From the NCBI RefSeq assembly GCF_006345805.1, contig NC_043013.1, positions 28,954,001 through 29,018,000 on the forward strand: 64,000 bases of DNA, read 5' to 3'. This DNA comes from Octopus sinensis. Its lineage: Eukaryota. The translations under genes were made by a program, and so were the position numbers. The notes beneath the pieces were generated by a model. That model made no database searches. It saw nothing but the letters and a program-made list of their open reading frames with translations, and was not told where the DNA came from. Shown here in pieces: positions 12,610-25,910 of the stretch (position 1 is the first letter of the stretch; each line of letters begins with the position of its first letter).

Positions 12610-13142
12610 TCTGTGTGTGTGTATCAATAATGTATTGCTCTGTGTATGTGTGACTCGACTGTTTATCTTGCAGCTAAGAGAAGAATGGTAAACGAGAAAC
12701 TCGCTTGTAATGAGGGTGAAAGAGTTTATCGACAAACTAGGGTATCCCATCCCATTTCAATACATTCAGTTTTTCTGTGTTCTATGGATATACAATTAGA
12801 AACGACATTTAATATCGTACGCGCACACACCTATATATATATATGTATGTATAAATATATGTGTGTGTATGTAACACACACACATAGAAACACCTACAAT
12901 CTGTAATAGTACTTGTTATTGAACACTGATCACTTTAAGTACGTCTTCTTATTCTCTTATCTGTCTCAACTTTTGACGATCAGATAGATTCGCAAGTGCG
13001 ACCTGTTTCTCTTCGCACCGACTGTGCTCTTAACACTTGATCAACGGCATTTTGAAGAAAGCTGGTTCAGCCTGAATTGATGTGTCAATACGCGCGCCTA
13101 CATACACCACACACGCTCGTATATATGTATGTGTATATGTAT

Positions 13143-13185
<43 letters not shown>

Positions 13186-15081
13186 GTTTATATATACACT
13201 TTTGTACATTCACAAACACATATATGCATGTGTATATAATTCCGTGTATATTTACATGTAGTTCGCATATTTAAGGTAATATAGAGAAACGCGAGGCTGG
13301 GGTTGTTTTTTTTTTATTGTCTTCTTCCAAATTTGTTTATTCACTTTGATGTTACCCCCCCCCCCATTGAAACTTAATTTAAGTGTTTATATATTTTAGT
13401 ACAATGCCGAGAGTGTATTGTACGTAGCGGTCGGTTAGTTGTGTGTGTGTGTCTGTGGAGTTGAGTTCATTTTTGAGCAATCTGGTCGTTCGTTGTTGTT
13501 CATGTCTTCTAGTTGTTGCTTATTAGGAGAATCATACACAAGATGTAATTACTAACCAGGCAGAGATAGTCCGAACCTACAAGATATGGCCAAACTCTTC
13601 TTCGCTCATACAAGGTTTAGTGGTGTTAGTTAAGGGTCGGTGAACAGGTTTGCTAAGTGCCACGCATCAAAGTATCAATCTTTGTATCACTTATGCTTTA
13701 CAGCTAAACCATATATCTATATATACCTTATACTATTTATTGTGTAGCCATTGGTCGCTGGTCGGTCCTAAATAATTCGGTAGAACTTATGGTTTGATTA
13801 AATTGTTTTTTTCCGGCTGTAAACATCCATTTTTTTTTACCCTCTCTTCTTTTAATGTGTCCTTTCATTTTTAAAACTGTAGTGTTTGATTTGAGGGAAA
13901 GATCTAGCTACTATTTCTAGCTGGTCGAACGATCACACAAAGTCTACTTTCCCCCTCCGTTCTCTTTGGCCCGTTATTTTGCCAGTATCGGAAGTGTATT
14001 GTAGCTGTTGTTTAACTGTAGGTCAACCTTGATCGGAGAAACCAGTGAAGGGATATCTTGGAATAAATACATTATCAAACGTATTTCTTATTAAAGGTGG
14101 TAGGAGGTGATAGGTGATTTTTATGTGTGTGAGTGGAAATTTTGGTTGCTGTTTCCAACAGGTCTAGCGACCATGGAGTAAAAGGAAAAGAAAATATAGC
14201 TCGATCGGAAGGAAGTAGGTGCACAGTTGTGATGGAGAGATGCTTGTTGGTCGGCATTTGTCGTTGTTGGACACCAACCAACCATCCATCTCTCAGCTGT
14301 GATGTGGCCTGTTTGTGTGTGCATGTATTTGTGTCAATGTGTGTATTTATGCGCGCCTCTATATGTGTCACTATGTGAGTGTATGTAGAACAAGTGATTT
14401 TTTTTCATCAGGTGAAAAAATAAGACAAATTAAGCACTTGTCTTTTGACCCCGCTTTTTCTCTTGTCATTTTTAAAAGAAAATTATTTTTACGAACCAGT
14501 ATAATAATTTCTCTGGCGTTGTTCGATTAGAAATAGGAAGGAAGGAAGTGAAAGATTAATCAGAGGTAAATACACTCAAAATATTATATTAATGAAATGA
14601 ATCACTAACTAAATGAATAGATGAAACAATTCTTTAATTGGTAAATGGAAGAGAAGCAGAATAAAGAAATCACCGAGACAACAGTTGTTATTTAGTTCCG
14701 GATCAGCTAATAGAGCGGGCCTATAATAATAATTAGAATAATGTTGATGATGATGATGATGATCCCGTTCCAGCCGTAAATGCCTACACCGACATTTTTT
14801 CTTCAATCGTATCCTTCCCATTTTTTTTCTTTTTCGTAAATTTCTGTTTTCAAGACGGTAGGATATTTGTGTATGTGTGTGATGTTTCTAGCAGGTTGAG
14901 CCTTCCCCTCGTTGGCGGCTCGTCGAAGACAACCAGCTGAATATGAAACGTTAATAAATAACAACGAACTTGGTTTCTTTATTTCCTTCTTCCCACCAAA
15001 TATCGTGCCAAAATTTTCCCACCTTGCATCTGTGGAATATATGTCGTATCACCTGTCGCTTGGATATATATATATACATAC

Positions 15082-15135
<54 letters not shown>

Positions 15136-15343
15136 TATATATATATATATATAATATATATATATATATGTATATATATTTAACCATTTGTCTTTATTTT
15201 TACCTTACTGTATCTCTATTTCTTTCTCGTTCATTTATTTATTCTCCGTCTTTTTTTCTCTCAGATTTCATCTTCTCGTTTACACATACATACACACACC
15301 TCAGATCAGTTTACCTATCCCTCACTATCTTTCCCCCTTTCAC

Positions 15344-15412
<69 letters not shown>

Positions 15413-15953
15413 CATTCATCTCTCTTTTTCTTCTTCCCTTCTCAATCTCTCTCTCTCTTTCTCCCCCTCTTTCTCTCCATATTATACATCTCTCAATTCA
15501 TCATCTCTCCAGCTGTACAATTTTACCTTTGCTTCATTATAACGCCTCTCACTTTCAATTCATTTCCTCTCTTTACCTGTAAATACCCCCCCTCCACTCT
15601 CTCCTTTTCTCTTTCTTCACCTGTAAGTACCTCGTCCACTCTCTCTCACCTTTCGACTCTATTATTCTGCGACATCTTTCTCTGTTTATTCCATCATCAT
15701 CATCGTTATCATCACCATCACCATTATTCTCATCACACACACAAAAAAAAAAAAACGATGTCAGTTTGTATATACTCTCCAACACATTTGTCATTAATTT
15801 CCCTGTGTTATTTGTGTTTGTTTATCATATATATATATATATATAGTCTGAAATGATAATGCTGTCTATTTTACTTTTATTTCTCAGTTAAACCAGATTA
15901 ATAGATGAAGATATAACTCACCACACATTATACTGATTTGATCTAGCCCACTT

Positions 15954-15998
<45 letters not shown>

Positions 15999-16432
15999 GT
16001 GAAACAATAACAACAACAATTATTTCTCTGGTTATAGAAAATGCAGTAAATTGATCGCTTCATTAGATAACCTTATTTTTCGATCTCTCGGTATTTTTTT
16101 TTTCTTTGGTTAACACCTTTGTTAATATACCCTCTTCCATACGTGTCGGGTGTGTGTGTATGTATGTATGTGTGTATATGCGTAACTAGGCTATTAAATC
16201 CGTATAATGGTTTCTCATATGTATCAGAGTGAACATTTTCGATCTTCCTGACACTGAAGGTGTGTATAATGTGTGTTGATTGCTACGTCTATACTACATA
16301 TTCATATAGTTGTGTGTGTATATATATATATAATATAGTATGTGTTCTGCGTGTGTATATTTATGTATGTACGTACATTGTATGTGTGTCTATAAAATAC
16401 ATCTATGTGTATATAATGCATGTATATCTGTC

Positions 16433-16464
<32 letters not shown>

Positions 16465-16557
16465 CGTATATTTTATGATACATACTGGTACATACAAGCA
16501 GTTTGTGTGTATGCATGTGTATATAGATATGTGTGTGTGTGTGTATAAAAATGTACG

Positions 16558-16606
<49 letters not shown>

Positions 16607-16807
16607 ATCTTTACAAACTTGTGTGTGTGTGTGTGTGTATCACAGTCTCCACCTAGTTACTGCAGAAAATTGCTGTCATGATGGTGGAACAAATTATTAT
16701 TATATTAGACACAGTTCTGTCACTTAGAATGACAATCAGCTGTTTGACTGCTTTTTCCTAAGCTAAATATCTATTTGCTGGTCTTTCCCTTTTATTCTAG
16801 CCTTTCT

Positions 16808-16839
<32 letters not shown>

Positions 16840-17211
16840 TCTTATCTCCTTCTATCTTTCCTCTCATCCTTTTTCTCTTTCTTATTCTTCTTCCATTTTC
16901 TCTCCTTTTGTCCCTCTCTTAAATGTGACCTTCTTTATTCCATTATTCTGTTCCCTGTTGTTTTCATATTCAATTCATTCATTTTGTAGTATTATTTTTT
17001 TCACCTTATCACCAAGGTGTACCCTGATTATTGAGTAAATATTTAACACCTGTCGAAAAACCCACCCCTCCATCACACCCCATATATATTTATAATGAAT
17101 AAACTATGGCACGTGTTGAGTAATTTTTCTCATTTACTCATCAAAACTAACACACACACACACACACATGTATATATATATATATATATATATATATCTA
17201 TCTTTGGTGAA

Positions 17212-17548
17212 AAGCGCATGGCTCAGTGGTTAGAGCATCAGGCTCACAATCACGAGGCAGTGAGTTCAATTCCTAGACTGGGCTGTGTGCTGTGTTCTTG
17301 AGCAAGACACTTTATTTCATGTTGCTCCAGTTCACTCAGCTGTAGAAATGAGTTGCGATGGTGCCAAGCTGTATCGACGTTTGCCTTTCCCTTGGATAAC
17401 ATTGGTGGTGCGGAGAGGGAAGGCTGGTATGTATGGGCAACTGCTGGCCTTCCATAAACAACCTTGCCCAGACTTGTGCATTAGAGGGGAACTTTCTAGG
17501 TGCCATCACGTGGTCATTCATGACCAATGGGGGCCTTTACCCTCTATC
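17212..17548 (+). mobile_element. tRNA-derived CORE-like SINE (related copy at about 52415-52770)
   Basis: Head gcgcatggctcagtggttagagc...gagttcaattcc, then gttcttgagcaagacactt. The body matches the 52.4-52.8 kb copy. Confidence 0.75.
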
Positions 17549-17741
17549 CCATGTATATCTTTATATGTTTCTATGCTCATGTGTATGTGTGTATATACAC
17601 ATACACTCATGCATATTCATGTATGGAACAAAATAGAAAGAACCTTTTATTGTAGCCATGGAAACAAACAACTGAATATGTTTTTCAGATTTGGTGATTA
17701 TAAAATCATAATGTAAGATTGTGTGTATGCATGTAAATGTG

Positions 17742-17781
<40 letters not shown>

Positions 17782-18119
17782 CAAATATGTCTTATAAAAC
17801 TATACTGCACATTACAATAACAACCATACCAAGAATCCAACATACCTCCATCATCAGCTGCCCCACGAATATCACTATGGTTTCGACACCTGGGCAGTAC
17901 CATTCAATTTGGCGGTGTCAACAGCACTAAAATAAGTGTTGTTTGGGAACAAACATACCTTAGATATCACCACATTCATTCAATCTTAATTCTAGGACGG
18001 ATTAAACACCAACATTATTAATTAAACCACAGCAAAGAAACACATTTCCCCTATGTCAGTAAATAAATTCAGTATGTAAACCTATAACTAACTTCTGAAT
18101 TATCTAACTAAATAGCAAC

Positions 18120-18300
18120 CTTGAGGTCCATACAGAATCCCTACACATATTTTTTCTCTCTCCATTTTTTTTGCCTCCCATCTCTTTCTGTCGAAGAGCA
18201 TAGGCTTGAAACATCTAAGACTTTTCCTTTCTTCCTGAGCATCAAACTAATACACCTTCTTTTTCCCTCACCTGTCTTCATCTTTTGTTCATATATTAAC
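18120..18300 (+). mobile_element. Penelope-like terminal-repeat remnant with hammerhead-like motif
   Basis: CTGTCGA-A-GAGC-ATAG-GCTT-GAAAC at 18188-18212 within a pyrimidine-rich segment. The class assignment is inference. Confidence 0.4.
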
Positions 18301-18789
18301 AGATGTCTTGAAATTCCTAAGTTATAGGGACATTAACAGACCAGCACCAGGTGTCAAGTGGTGGGGGTACATATACAATCACAAAGGCACATACACACAT
18401 GCACCAATGGGCTTCAACACAGTTTCTGCCTTCCAAATTCACTGGGAAAGCATTATTCAGCCTGAGGCTATTGTAGAAGATACTTGCTCAAGGTGCCACA
18501 CAGTAGCAGTGAATCTAAAACCTGATTGCCTCATTAAAGGTGAGGCCTTACGCCAGCATATGTTTCCCAGAGAAAAGGTCTTCTTCTTTGAGGTCTTTCT
18601 GATTTTGAATTGTCGTCATTGCTTCTGTAATATTGCTTTATTCTAGGTAGAGCTGTTGGCTCCAACAAACAACCTATTTGTGCCTTTGGGAAGTGATGGT
18701 CCATATTAGACTGGCCTCTCTCCTTTGACTTGTCCCGCATTGTATGCTCTACCAGGAACCTTTACCTTGCTGGTATAGGACAAGGTGGT

Positions 18790-19335
18790 GAAGCATGATC
18801 TCTGAATGTTGGGCCTCATGGAGGCAATGACTAGTGATCGAGATCTTTGGCGATGTGCTGTGCTTTAAAAAACCTTTTAAGCCAAGAGAGATTGCAGTTG
18901 TAGCTTATGCCAGTTAGGCGATATGCTGTGCTTGAGAAAATCTGTCAAGCTAAGTGAAATTGTAGTCATGGTTGGTGCCAATGTTGTGTAACTGGCTCCT
19001 GTGCTGGTGGCATGTAAAAAGTGCCATCTGGACGTTGGGCCTCACAGGTGACCAAGACCTTTGGTGATATACAGTGCTTGTGTAGATCTGTCAAGCCAAA
19101 TGAGGTTGTAGTTGTGGGCAATGCCTGTGTTATGTAACTGGCACCCATGCCAGGGGCGCATAAAGAGCACCCACTAGTCTTGGAGTGGTTGGCATTAGGA
19201 AGGGCGTCCAGTCATAGAAACCATACCAAATCAGATTGGGACGTGGTGCAGCCTTCCAGCTTATAGTTTTCAGTCAAACCATCCTACCCATGCCAGCATG
19301 GAAAATGGATATTAAATGATGATGATGTTGATGAT
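18790..19335 (+). mobile_element. Tandem RTE-like LINE 3' ends (ORF2 C-terminus repeated three times, one tail)
   Basis: Degenerate EAMTSDRDLWRCAVL at about 18820-18865 resembles the RTE-clade DRxxWR C-terminal motif. Related sequence recurs at about 18917 and 19040; (GAT)n tail at about 19320. Confidence 0.6.
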
Positions 19336-19535
19336 GCATAGGTTTCAGGGTCAGTAAGGCTCACAAACCACCATGCCACAGAAAAGGGCTGGACTTTGTG
19401 GGTGTAATCTGAATGGGACACCATTTATTTCAAGTGGACAAGTATTTATTGTTTGTATGCAACTCATGTTGTTATTCTTGTTTGATGCTCTGATCATGTG
19501 AACTGGAGCAGATATTTGGCACAGATGTAACTTGA

Positions 19536-19756
19536 CCCTTTAGCATTTAAATTGGCTGCATCTAACTCAAATATCCTACCTGTTTTATGTTCAAGCTGGC
19601 CAGATTTGGCCTCTCTCACATCTGCCTTTCAATGACATTCTAAAAATAAACAACCACATCATCAAAATCTCGAAGCTACGAGATAATGCATGATTAATTC
19701 AAAACAAGGTGAATAATAAGCATTATATTTGACAGAATTACCTGAGTGCTAAAGGG
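19536..19756. mobile_element. piggyBac-like MITE (family P1)
   Basis: TIRs ccctttagca...tgctaaaggg flanked by TTGA/TTAA. Homologous copies at 23289-23495, 24015-24229, 46988-47224 and about 58876-59095. Confidence 0.75.
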
Positions 19757-20884
19757 TTAATGAAGAAACCTGTAATTAATGCTTTGCTTGTAATCATTCA
19801 GGAGCAGGCATAGCTGTCATCATCATCGTTTTACATCTGCTTTCCATGCTGGCATGGGTTGGACAGTTTGACTGAGGACTGGTGAGCCAGAGGCTGCACC
19901 AGGCTCAATCTGATCTGGCAAAGTTTTTACAGCTGGATGCCCTTCCTAACGCCAACCACTCCGAGAGTGTAGTGGGTGCTTTTACGTGCCACTACCACGA
20001 GGGCCAGCTTCATTACCAAATTCTTCTAGATATGAGCCTGCTATGTGTGTGCTCTTTTGGGCCAGTGTCTTCTATTCTATATCAGGTTGGCTGGTACCTT
20101 GTGAGTGTAGTATGGTAGCTGAAAACTGTGCAGAAGCCTGTCATGTATATATCACGTGATCATGTGATTGACCAGCCTATCAGATGTTATACATCACTGG
20201 TCACAATGTGCTTTGCATCATTTTAGCTTTCAAATGATATCACCCCTCTGGCTAGACAAGGTGGTCTACTTTTGCCCTGATCAGAAGGCTAGCCTGTCGC
20301 AGAGTGACCCATTTACAGCTGAGTGAACTGGAGCGACATGAAAAGAAGTGTTTTGTTCAAGAACACAATGCACCACTTGGTCTTGGAATCAAACCTATGA
20401 TCTCTAGATGGTGAGTGCAACACCCTAAACACGCACCTTCACGCCATGTATACATGTTGCCATAGAAACTGTGCTAAAGCAGACATTGGACCTTGACATA
20501 GTCCTCTGGCTTGTCAGCTCTTATCAAACCATCCAACCCATGCCAACATGGAAAACAGACATTAAGCAATGATGAATGTGTGTGTGTGTGTGCTTGTGGC
20601 CATGGCTATGCTTATGTCTACCAATGTTTATGCTTCCTGTCCTGGTACGAACTTTACTCATGTAAAAATATATAACTTAGCTGTTTGACAAATAGGAGTG
20701 GATAAATTAAGTGTAAAGTATTAGGCTGAAATAAGTACTGCGGTCAATATGATTGAGTGAAGCCCTCTTTGAAAGTAATGCTCCAATATGGCCACAGTTC
20801 ACTGTCTGAACCGGTAAAAGAATTTATCGTTATTTTAGGCATGTCCTGAAATTTGTTGGAAGACACTAAACTGGACGAGCATCA

Positions 20885-21356
20885 AATATCTTTTATCTTT
20901 TACTTGTTTCAGTCATTAGACTGCAGCCATGCTGGAGCACTACCTTGGAAAATTCTAGTCGAATGAACCCCAGTACTTATTTTTTTTAAAGCCTGGTACT
21001 AATTCTATCGGTCTCTTTTGCTGAACTGCTAAGTTACAGGGATATAAACACAGTAATACCAGTTGCCATGCAATGACAAAGACACATCCATCCCCACGCA
21101 CACAAACACACACACACACACACAGAGTAATTCCTCAACTATCGCAGTTGTTACGTCCCAAAACCTCCCACAGAAATAATTAAAATCTAAAAAAATCTAA
21201 ATGCCTATCAGCCACAGAAACCTGGATATACCGAGGAGTCCGCGATATAAATTTACATATATTAGCCAGAATAATCCACGATGTACTGAGTGTGCGATAG
21301 GTGAACCGTAATGTACTGAGTGGGCGATAGGTGAGCCATGATATGGCGAGGGATTA

Positions 21357-21394
<38 letters not shown>

Positions 21395-21555
21395 GATGGG
21401 CTTCTTTCAGTTTCCATCTACCAAATCTACTCACAAGACTTTGGCTGAGACTGTAATTAATAGAAGACACTTGTCCAAGGTGCCATGCAGTGAGACTGAA
21501 CCCAGAAACATGTGGCTGGGAAGCAAATTTCTTACCACACAGCCACACCTGCACC
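20885..21555 (-). mobile_element. S1 SINE interrupted in its microsatellite by a Tigger-like MITE
   Basis: S1 homology at 20885-21100 and 21390-21555. Confidence 0.75.
21125..21359. mobile_element. Tc1/mariner (pogo/Tigger-like) MITE
   Basis: Imperfect TIRs gagtaattcctcaactatcgc and gatatggcgagggattactg, followed by TA; internal ~30-bp duplication. Confidence 0.6.
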
Positions 21556-22552
21556 TATATAGCTATTTGCTTTTGATGGTGCCTGACAACAAACGCATAT
21601 ATTTTAGATGAGAGCACAGCTATATGCTGTATTCTGAAAGTTGACTCAGGAGTATTAACACGTGTCTAGAGAGTTGAATCTGTAATTGTAATAAGCAGAA
21701 GGAATTATGAAACCTGAAACCCCTGTCTGGTTAGCTTTCAAGAGACGGAGAACTAGAAGAGGATGAAATAGTGAAGTTGTTATGAAATTTGTCATTGTTA
21801 AGTAGTTGTTACTGATGTTGCTTATTTAACCCCAGGTCAAACTGGATTGAGCAGATCTATGATGAAAAGCATTTCAGCCATGACCATCCTTTGTTGTTAG
21901 GGCTAAATGATGTATTATTTTTATCTTTTTATTTTTCCGTCATTGGACTGTAGCCATGCTGGGGTACCACTTTGAAGGGCTTAGTTGAACAAATCGACCC
22001 CAGTACTTATTTTTCTCAAGTCTGTCACTTTTGCTGAACTGCTAAGTTATGAAGGTGTAAACAAACCAACACTGGTTGTCAAGTAGTGGGATCAGATTGT
22101 GCCGATTGCTTTAAAACCACTATGCGCAGGCAGGAAGAAAAACCCTGCAGTGATGGAAAAGAAACACAAACAACAGGTAATTAATAGTACAGGCAGTTGC
22201 AGCCTCAGTTCAGCATATAGATGCCGCTCTCCCTCATGGTCTTTGGATATAAAGAACTACCATCATCATCATCTCATCATCATTTAACAGATACTGATAA
22301 CTTTAATGTAAATTTTCAATCAGACTCTTGAAGACTTTATGTTCAGAGATTGTTGGTTTGAATTAGATGTGGCTTAGTGGTTAGGGCATTTGGCTCATGA
22401 TCGTAAGGTCGTGAGTTCAATTCCTGGTGACATGTTGTGTCGTTGAGCAAGACACTTTATTTCATGTTGCTCCAGTCTGCTCAGCTGTAATTCAAAGGGG
22501 CCAGCCTTGTTATATTCTGTGTCACACTGAATCTTCCTGAGAACTACATTAA

Positions 22553-22774
22553 CCCTTTTATTACCATATTTATTTTGAGATGTTCTGTGTTTCTTTCAAT
22601 TAATTTTAAATATAACAAAGAACTTAGTAAAATAACTTAGTTATCATTACGCTAGTTTTGGGGACATAAATTGGGACTAAGGGTTGGGAGAAGATTTTAA
22701 TTCAAAACTTTTGTAAACAAGACATTTGTACTACAGAACCAGATGCAGTTGCAAGTGGGTTGATATCAAAAGGG
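22553..22774. mobile_element. piggyBac-like MITE (family P2; second copy at 40110-40334)
   Basis: TTAA|CCCTTTT...AAAAGGG|TTAA. The body matches 40110-40334. Confidence 0.8.
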
Positions 22775-23288
22775 TTAACCCATATATGCACATAAAAAAT
22801 TTCACTGTATTTAGATTAATCTGGAAGGACAGTATGCAACTGTTAGCTATGGGTGTCGACTCCCTACTGAACATTTTGTATGCTCAGTCAGATGCCTCCT
22901 GGTGGGTTCATGTCCAAACAAATAGGAGCAGGTTTTGCATTGCAAAAACACAACCAGGGATATATATGGGGACATGTATTTGTGGAGTGTTCAGCTGCTT
23001 GCATGTTGATTTCACGAGCAGGCTGTTCCATTGATCAGATCAACTGGAACCCTTGTAGTCATAACCGACAGAGTGCCAGTGCAGCCCATTCAACAGACTT
23101 ATATATGGCTTCAGTGAATCCAGCATTACTCAGAAGAACAGAGACTATGGGAATAAATGCTTACACTGGGATTGAACCTGAGATTTTATGATTGTGCAGT
23201 GAAATTCTTTATTACTTGGTAATACCTGTGAACACACACACACACACACACACACACACGATATGCCATGAACCAGACCTAGGTTTAA

Positions 23289-23495
23289 CCCTTTAGTATT
23301 CAAACTGGCCATATCTGGCCAAAATATTCTACCTGTTTTATGTTCAAACCAGCAAGATCTAGCCTCTCACACTTACCCTACAATGTCCTTCTAAAAATAA
23401 GCAATCACATCTTAAAGCTGCAAGGTGATGCATCATTAATTCAAAATGGTGTGAATAAATATTACTTTTGACAGAATAATCTGAATGCGAAAAGG
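23289..23495. mobile_element. piggyBac-like MITE P1
   Basis: TTAA|ccctttag...gaaaagg|TTAA; body homologous to 19536-19756. Confidence 0.75.
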
Positions 23496-23522
23496 TTAAG
23501 ATTAAATACAGGAGTGGCTTAC

Positions 23523-23633
23523 CATTGCTCTTTTCCAGTTGAATAAATTAACCAAACACTTGCCAATTATACAGCAGTTCTTACTGTTTATAGTACTTCC
23601 CTGTGCATATTCATTGTACCTATTTACAACCCT
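23523..23633 (-). CDS. Candidate internal exon (phase 0-0)
   Basis: Donor ATG|GTAAGC, weak acceptor; 37 open codons RVVNRYNEYAQGSTINSKNCCIIGKCLVNLFNWKRAM. Confidence 0.12.
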
Positions 23634-24014
23634 CTGAACTGATCTAACAAAAGCTGTTGTTTAGTCCCAGGTCAGTCCGGACCAAGCAGATCAATTTATC
23701 AAAGGCATTTCAGCCATGACAACCCCATCTTTTTCTCAGATGGTTCACCTGGGGCTACATTATCCAAAGTCTCCTTCACTTTTTTCAGACAATATAGTGG
23801 AACTTGAAGGAGATTTGATTGCTATTTTTATTAGCATGTCAGTTGACTATGTAGAGTCCTTTTCATTGACTCCAACCAGCAAGAGTTCAGTAGTATGTCT
23901 GTAGAAATAGTGCCGTGTCAGTGATTGGATATTGATCACCAATCCCTCAGCTAGTAAGTTGACAACCTGTTGACTTAACCAGCTGTGACTTAATAGTAAA
24001 TAATCTTATTTTAA

Positions 24015-24229
24015 CCTTTTAGCATTCAAATTAATTTGTTAAATTTAATGCTTATTTATTCACATTGTTTTTAGTTAATCATGCATTATCTTGTAGCTTT
24101 GAGATATTGTGATTGTTTACTTTTAAAATGATATTGTAGGGTATGTACAAGAGACTGGATTTGGCCATTTTGAACATAAGACAAGAAGAATATTTTGGGC
24201 CGAATATGGCTGATTTAAATGCTAAAGTG
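24015..24229. mobile_element. piggyBac-like MITE P1
   Basis: TTAA flanks and homologous body. Confidence 0.75.
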
Positions 24230-24279
24230 TTAACTCTTTTACTGTGGAAAGCAGATATATCCACGCCAAATTTGATTAC

Positions 24280-24350
24280 CTTTAACTGTGGATAATCAGA
24301 TTTTATATAGCAATCTATCTTTTGTTGATGAATGAGATATTTCAAGTTAG
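24280..24350 (-). CDS. Candidate internal exon (phase 1-0)
   Basis: Acceptor tttctgctatgtcacattgcctcag|, donor AAG|GTAATC; reads NLKYLIHQQKIDCYIKSDYPQLK. Confidence 0.18.
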
Positions 24351-24530
24351 CTGAGGCAATGTGACATAGCAGAAAATACCGATTCTATTTTTTGATAGAT
24401 GTTTAACATCATTACCATAATAACCATGAAATTTAATTTCACATTTAAAGGATTAAATTGAACAGGTGAACTTCTTTCAGATGGGGTTTCGCTTTTGAAA
24501 AGGCGTTGCAGAGTTTGGTTGTCTTGAATG

Positions 24531-24665
24531 CACCAGCATAGCTAAGAGGGGGAAAAGGGGGTGGTTTGCCCTGGTCTACTGTAGGCAATATGTGTTTTTT
24601 GTGGGGTCTGGGGGCGGCAGACAGAAAGACCGCCCAGGGCGGCACACACTTTAGCTACCCTAGAG
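24531..24665. mobile_element. hAT-type MITE with 8-bp TSD
   Basis: TSD CTTGAATG at 24523-24530 and 24666-24673. Degenerate TIRs and body match 45463-45604 in the opposite orientation. Confidence 0.8.
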
Positions 24666-24881
24666 CTTGAATGACCTAATTTTCAGTAGAAAAGTGGAAA
24701 AACAGCATTGATTTGTAGAATTAACGCATATTTCTATGGATACTGTTTTGTTTGTTAGATTTTCATTTTACTGGAATGCTTATTGTCTAGCATCCCCACC
24801 AGATTATCCCTAGTCAAACAAGCTTTATGATTAGTAACATCCTCACTTAGATTATCCCTTCTTTTCTCAGAAAAGTCTTGT

Positions 24882-25295
24882 AGGTGAAGGTGTGGCTGTG
24901 TGGTAAGAAGCTTGCTTCTCAACCATGTGATTTCAGGTTCAGTCTCATTGTGTGGCACCTTGGGCAAGTGTCTTTTACTTTAGCCTCAGGCTGACCAAAG
25001 CTTTGTGAGTGGATTTGGTAGATAGAAACTGAAAGAAGCCCATTGTATACACACACTCACACACACATGTATATATCTATGCTTGTGTGTTTTTGTGTCT
25101 GTGTTTGTCCCTCCACCACTGCTTGACAACTGGTGTTGGTGTGTTTACATCTCTGAAACTTATCTGTTCGGCAAAAGAGATCGATAGAATAAGTACTAGG
25201 CATAAAAAAATAAGTCCTGGAGTCAATTCATTCAATTGAAACTGTTCAAAGTGGTGCCCCAGTATGGCAGCAGTCAAATGACCGAAACAAGTAAA
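24882..25295 (+). mobile_element. S1 SINE
   Basis: Full-length homology including head and tail. Confidence 0.8.
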
Positions 25296-25619
25296 AAAAA
25301 AAAAAAGATTAAAAGTTATTCAGGACTTCATTAATTTCAGTGTGTCCTTCCCATTTTTAAGATAATTGGATTTAATATTGGAGATATGACTGCTATTTAT
25401 GGGAAGTTGAGTGATCATGAAGTGGTTCCTTCATTGGTTTGTGCAGAACTGATGTTATGGGTCCTTATGATTTATTAAAGGATTGGCTAAACCTATGAAT
25501 GCTCCTAGCTTTTCATCCTTCATTCAGCTTTTAAGTACCAGTAACATATTTTTAGGGAAAATTATTGTAATGGTGGTGGTGGTGGTGGTGATGGTGGCAT
25601 GGTATTGCTTATTTATATT

Positions 25620-25873
25620 TTATACTCTTTTACTTGTTTCAGTCATTAGACTATGGCCATGCTGGAGCACCGCCTTTTAGTTGAGCAAATCGACTCCAGG
25701 ACTTATTCTTTGTAAGCCTAGTACTTATTCTATTGTTCTCTTTTGCTGAACTGCTAAGTTACGGAGACGTAAGCACACCAGCATCGGTTGTCAAGTGATG
25801 TTGGGTGTACAAACGCAGACACACAAACCTATACACACATACATACATACATACATACACACACATATATATA

Positions 25874-25910
<37 letters not shown>

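Larger units (their letters stand above)
8150..16200. promoter_or_regulatory. CpG-rich (probably unmethylated) domain, possible promoter or intergenic block
   Basis: CG dinucleotides are visibly common in unique sequence here (cgtcgtcgccg, acgcgcgcc, ggcggctcgtcg) but scarce in the flanks outside young repeats. Judged by eye, not computed. Confidence 0.4.

Noticed and set aside
10717-13274. Cluster of long ORFs, including 11971-12630 (219 aa)
   Set aside because: Dominated by (TA)n/(TG)n translations (YIYI, CVCV, HTHT). The same applies to the ORFs at 14.9-16.7, 33.5-34.3, 53.1-53.8 and 59.3-59.9 kb.
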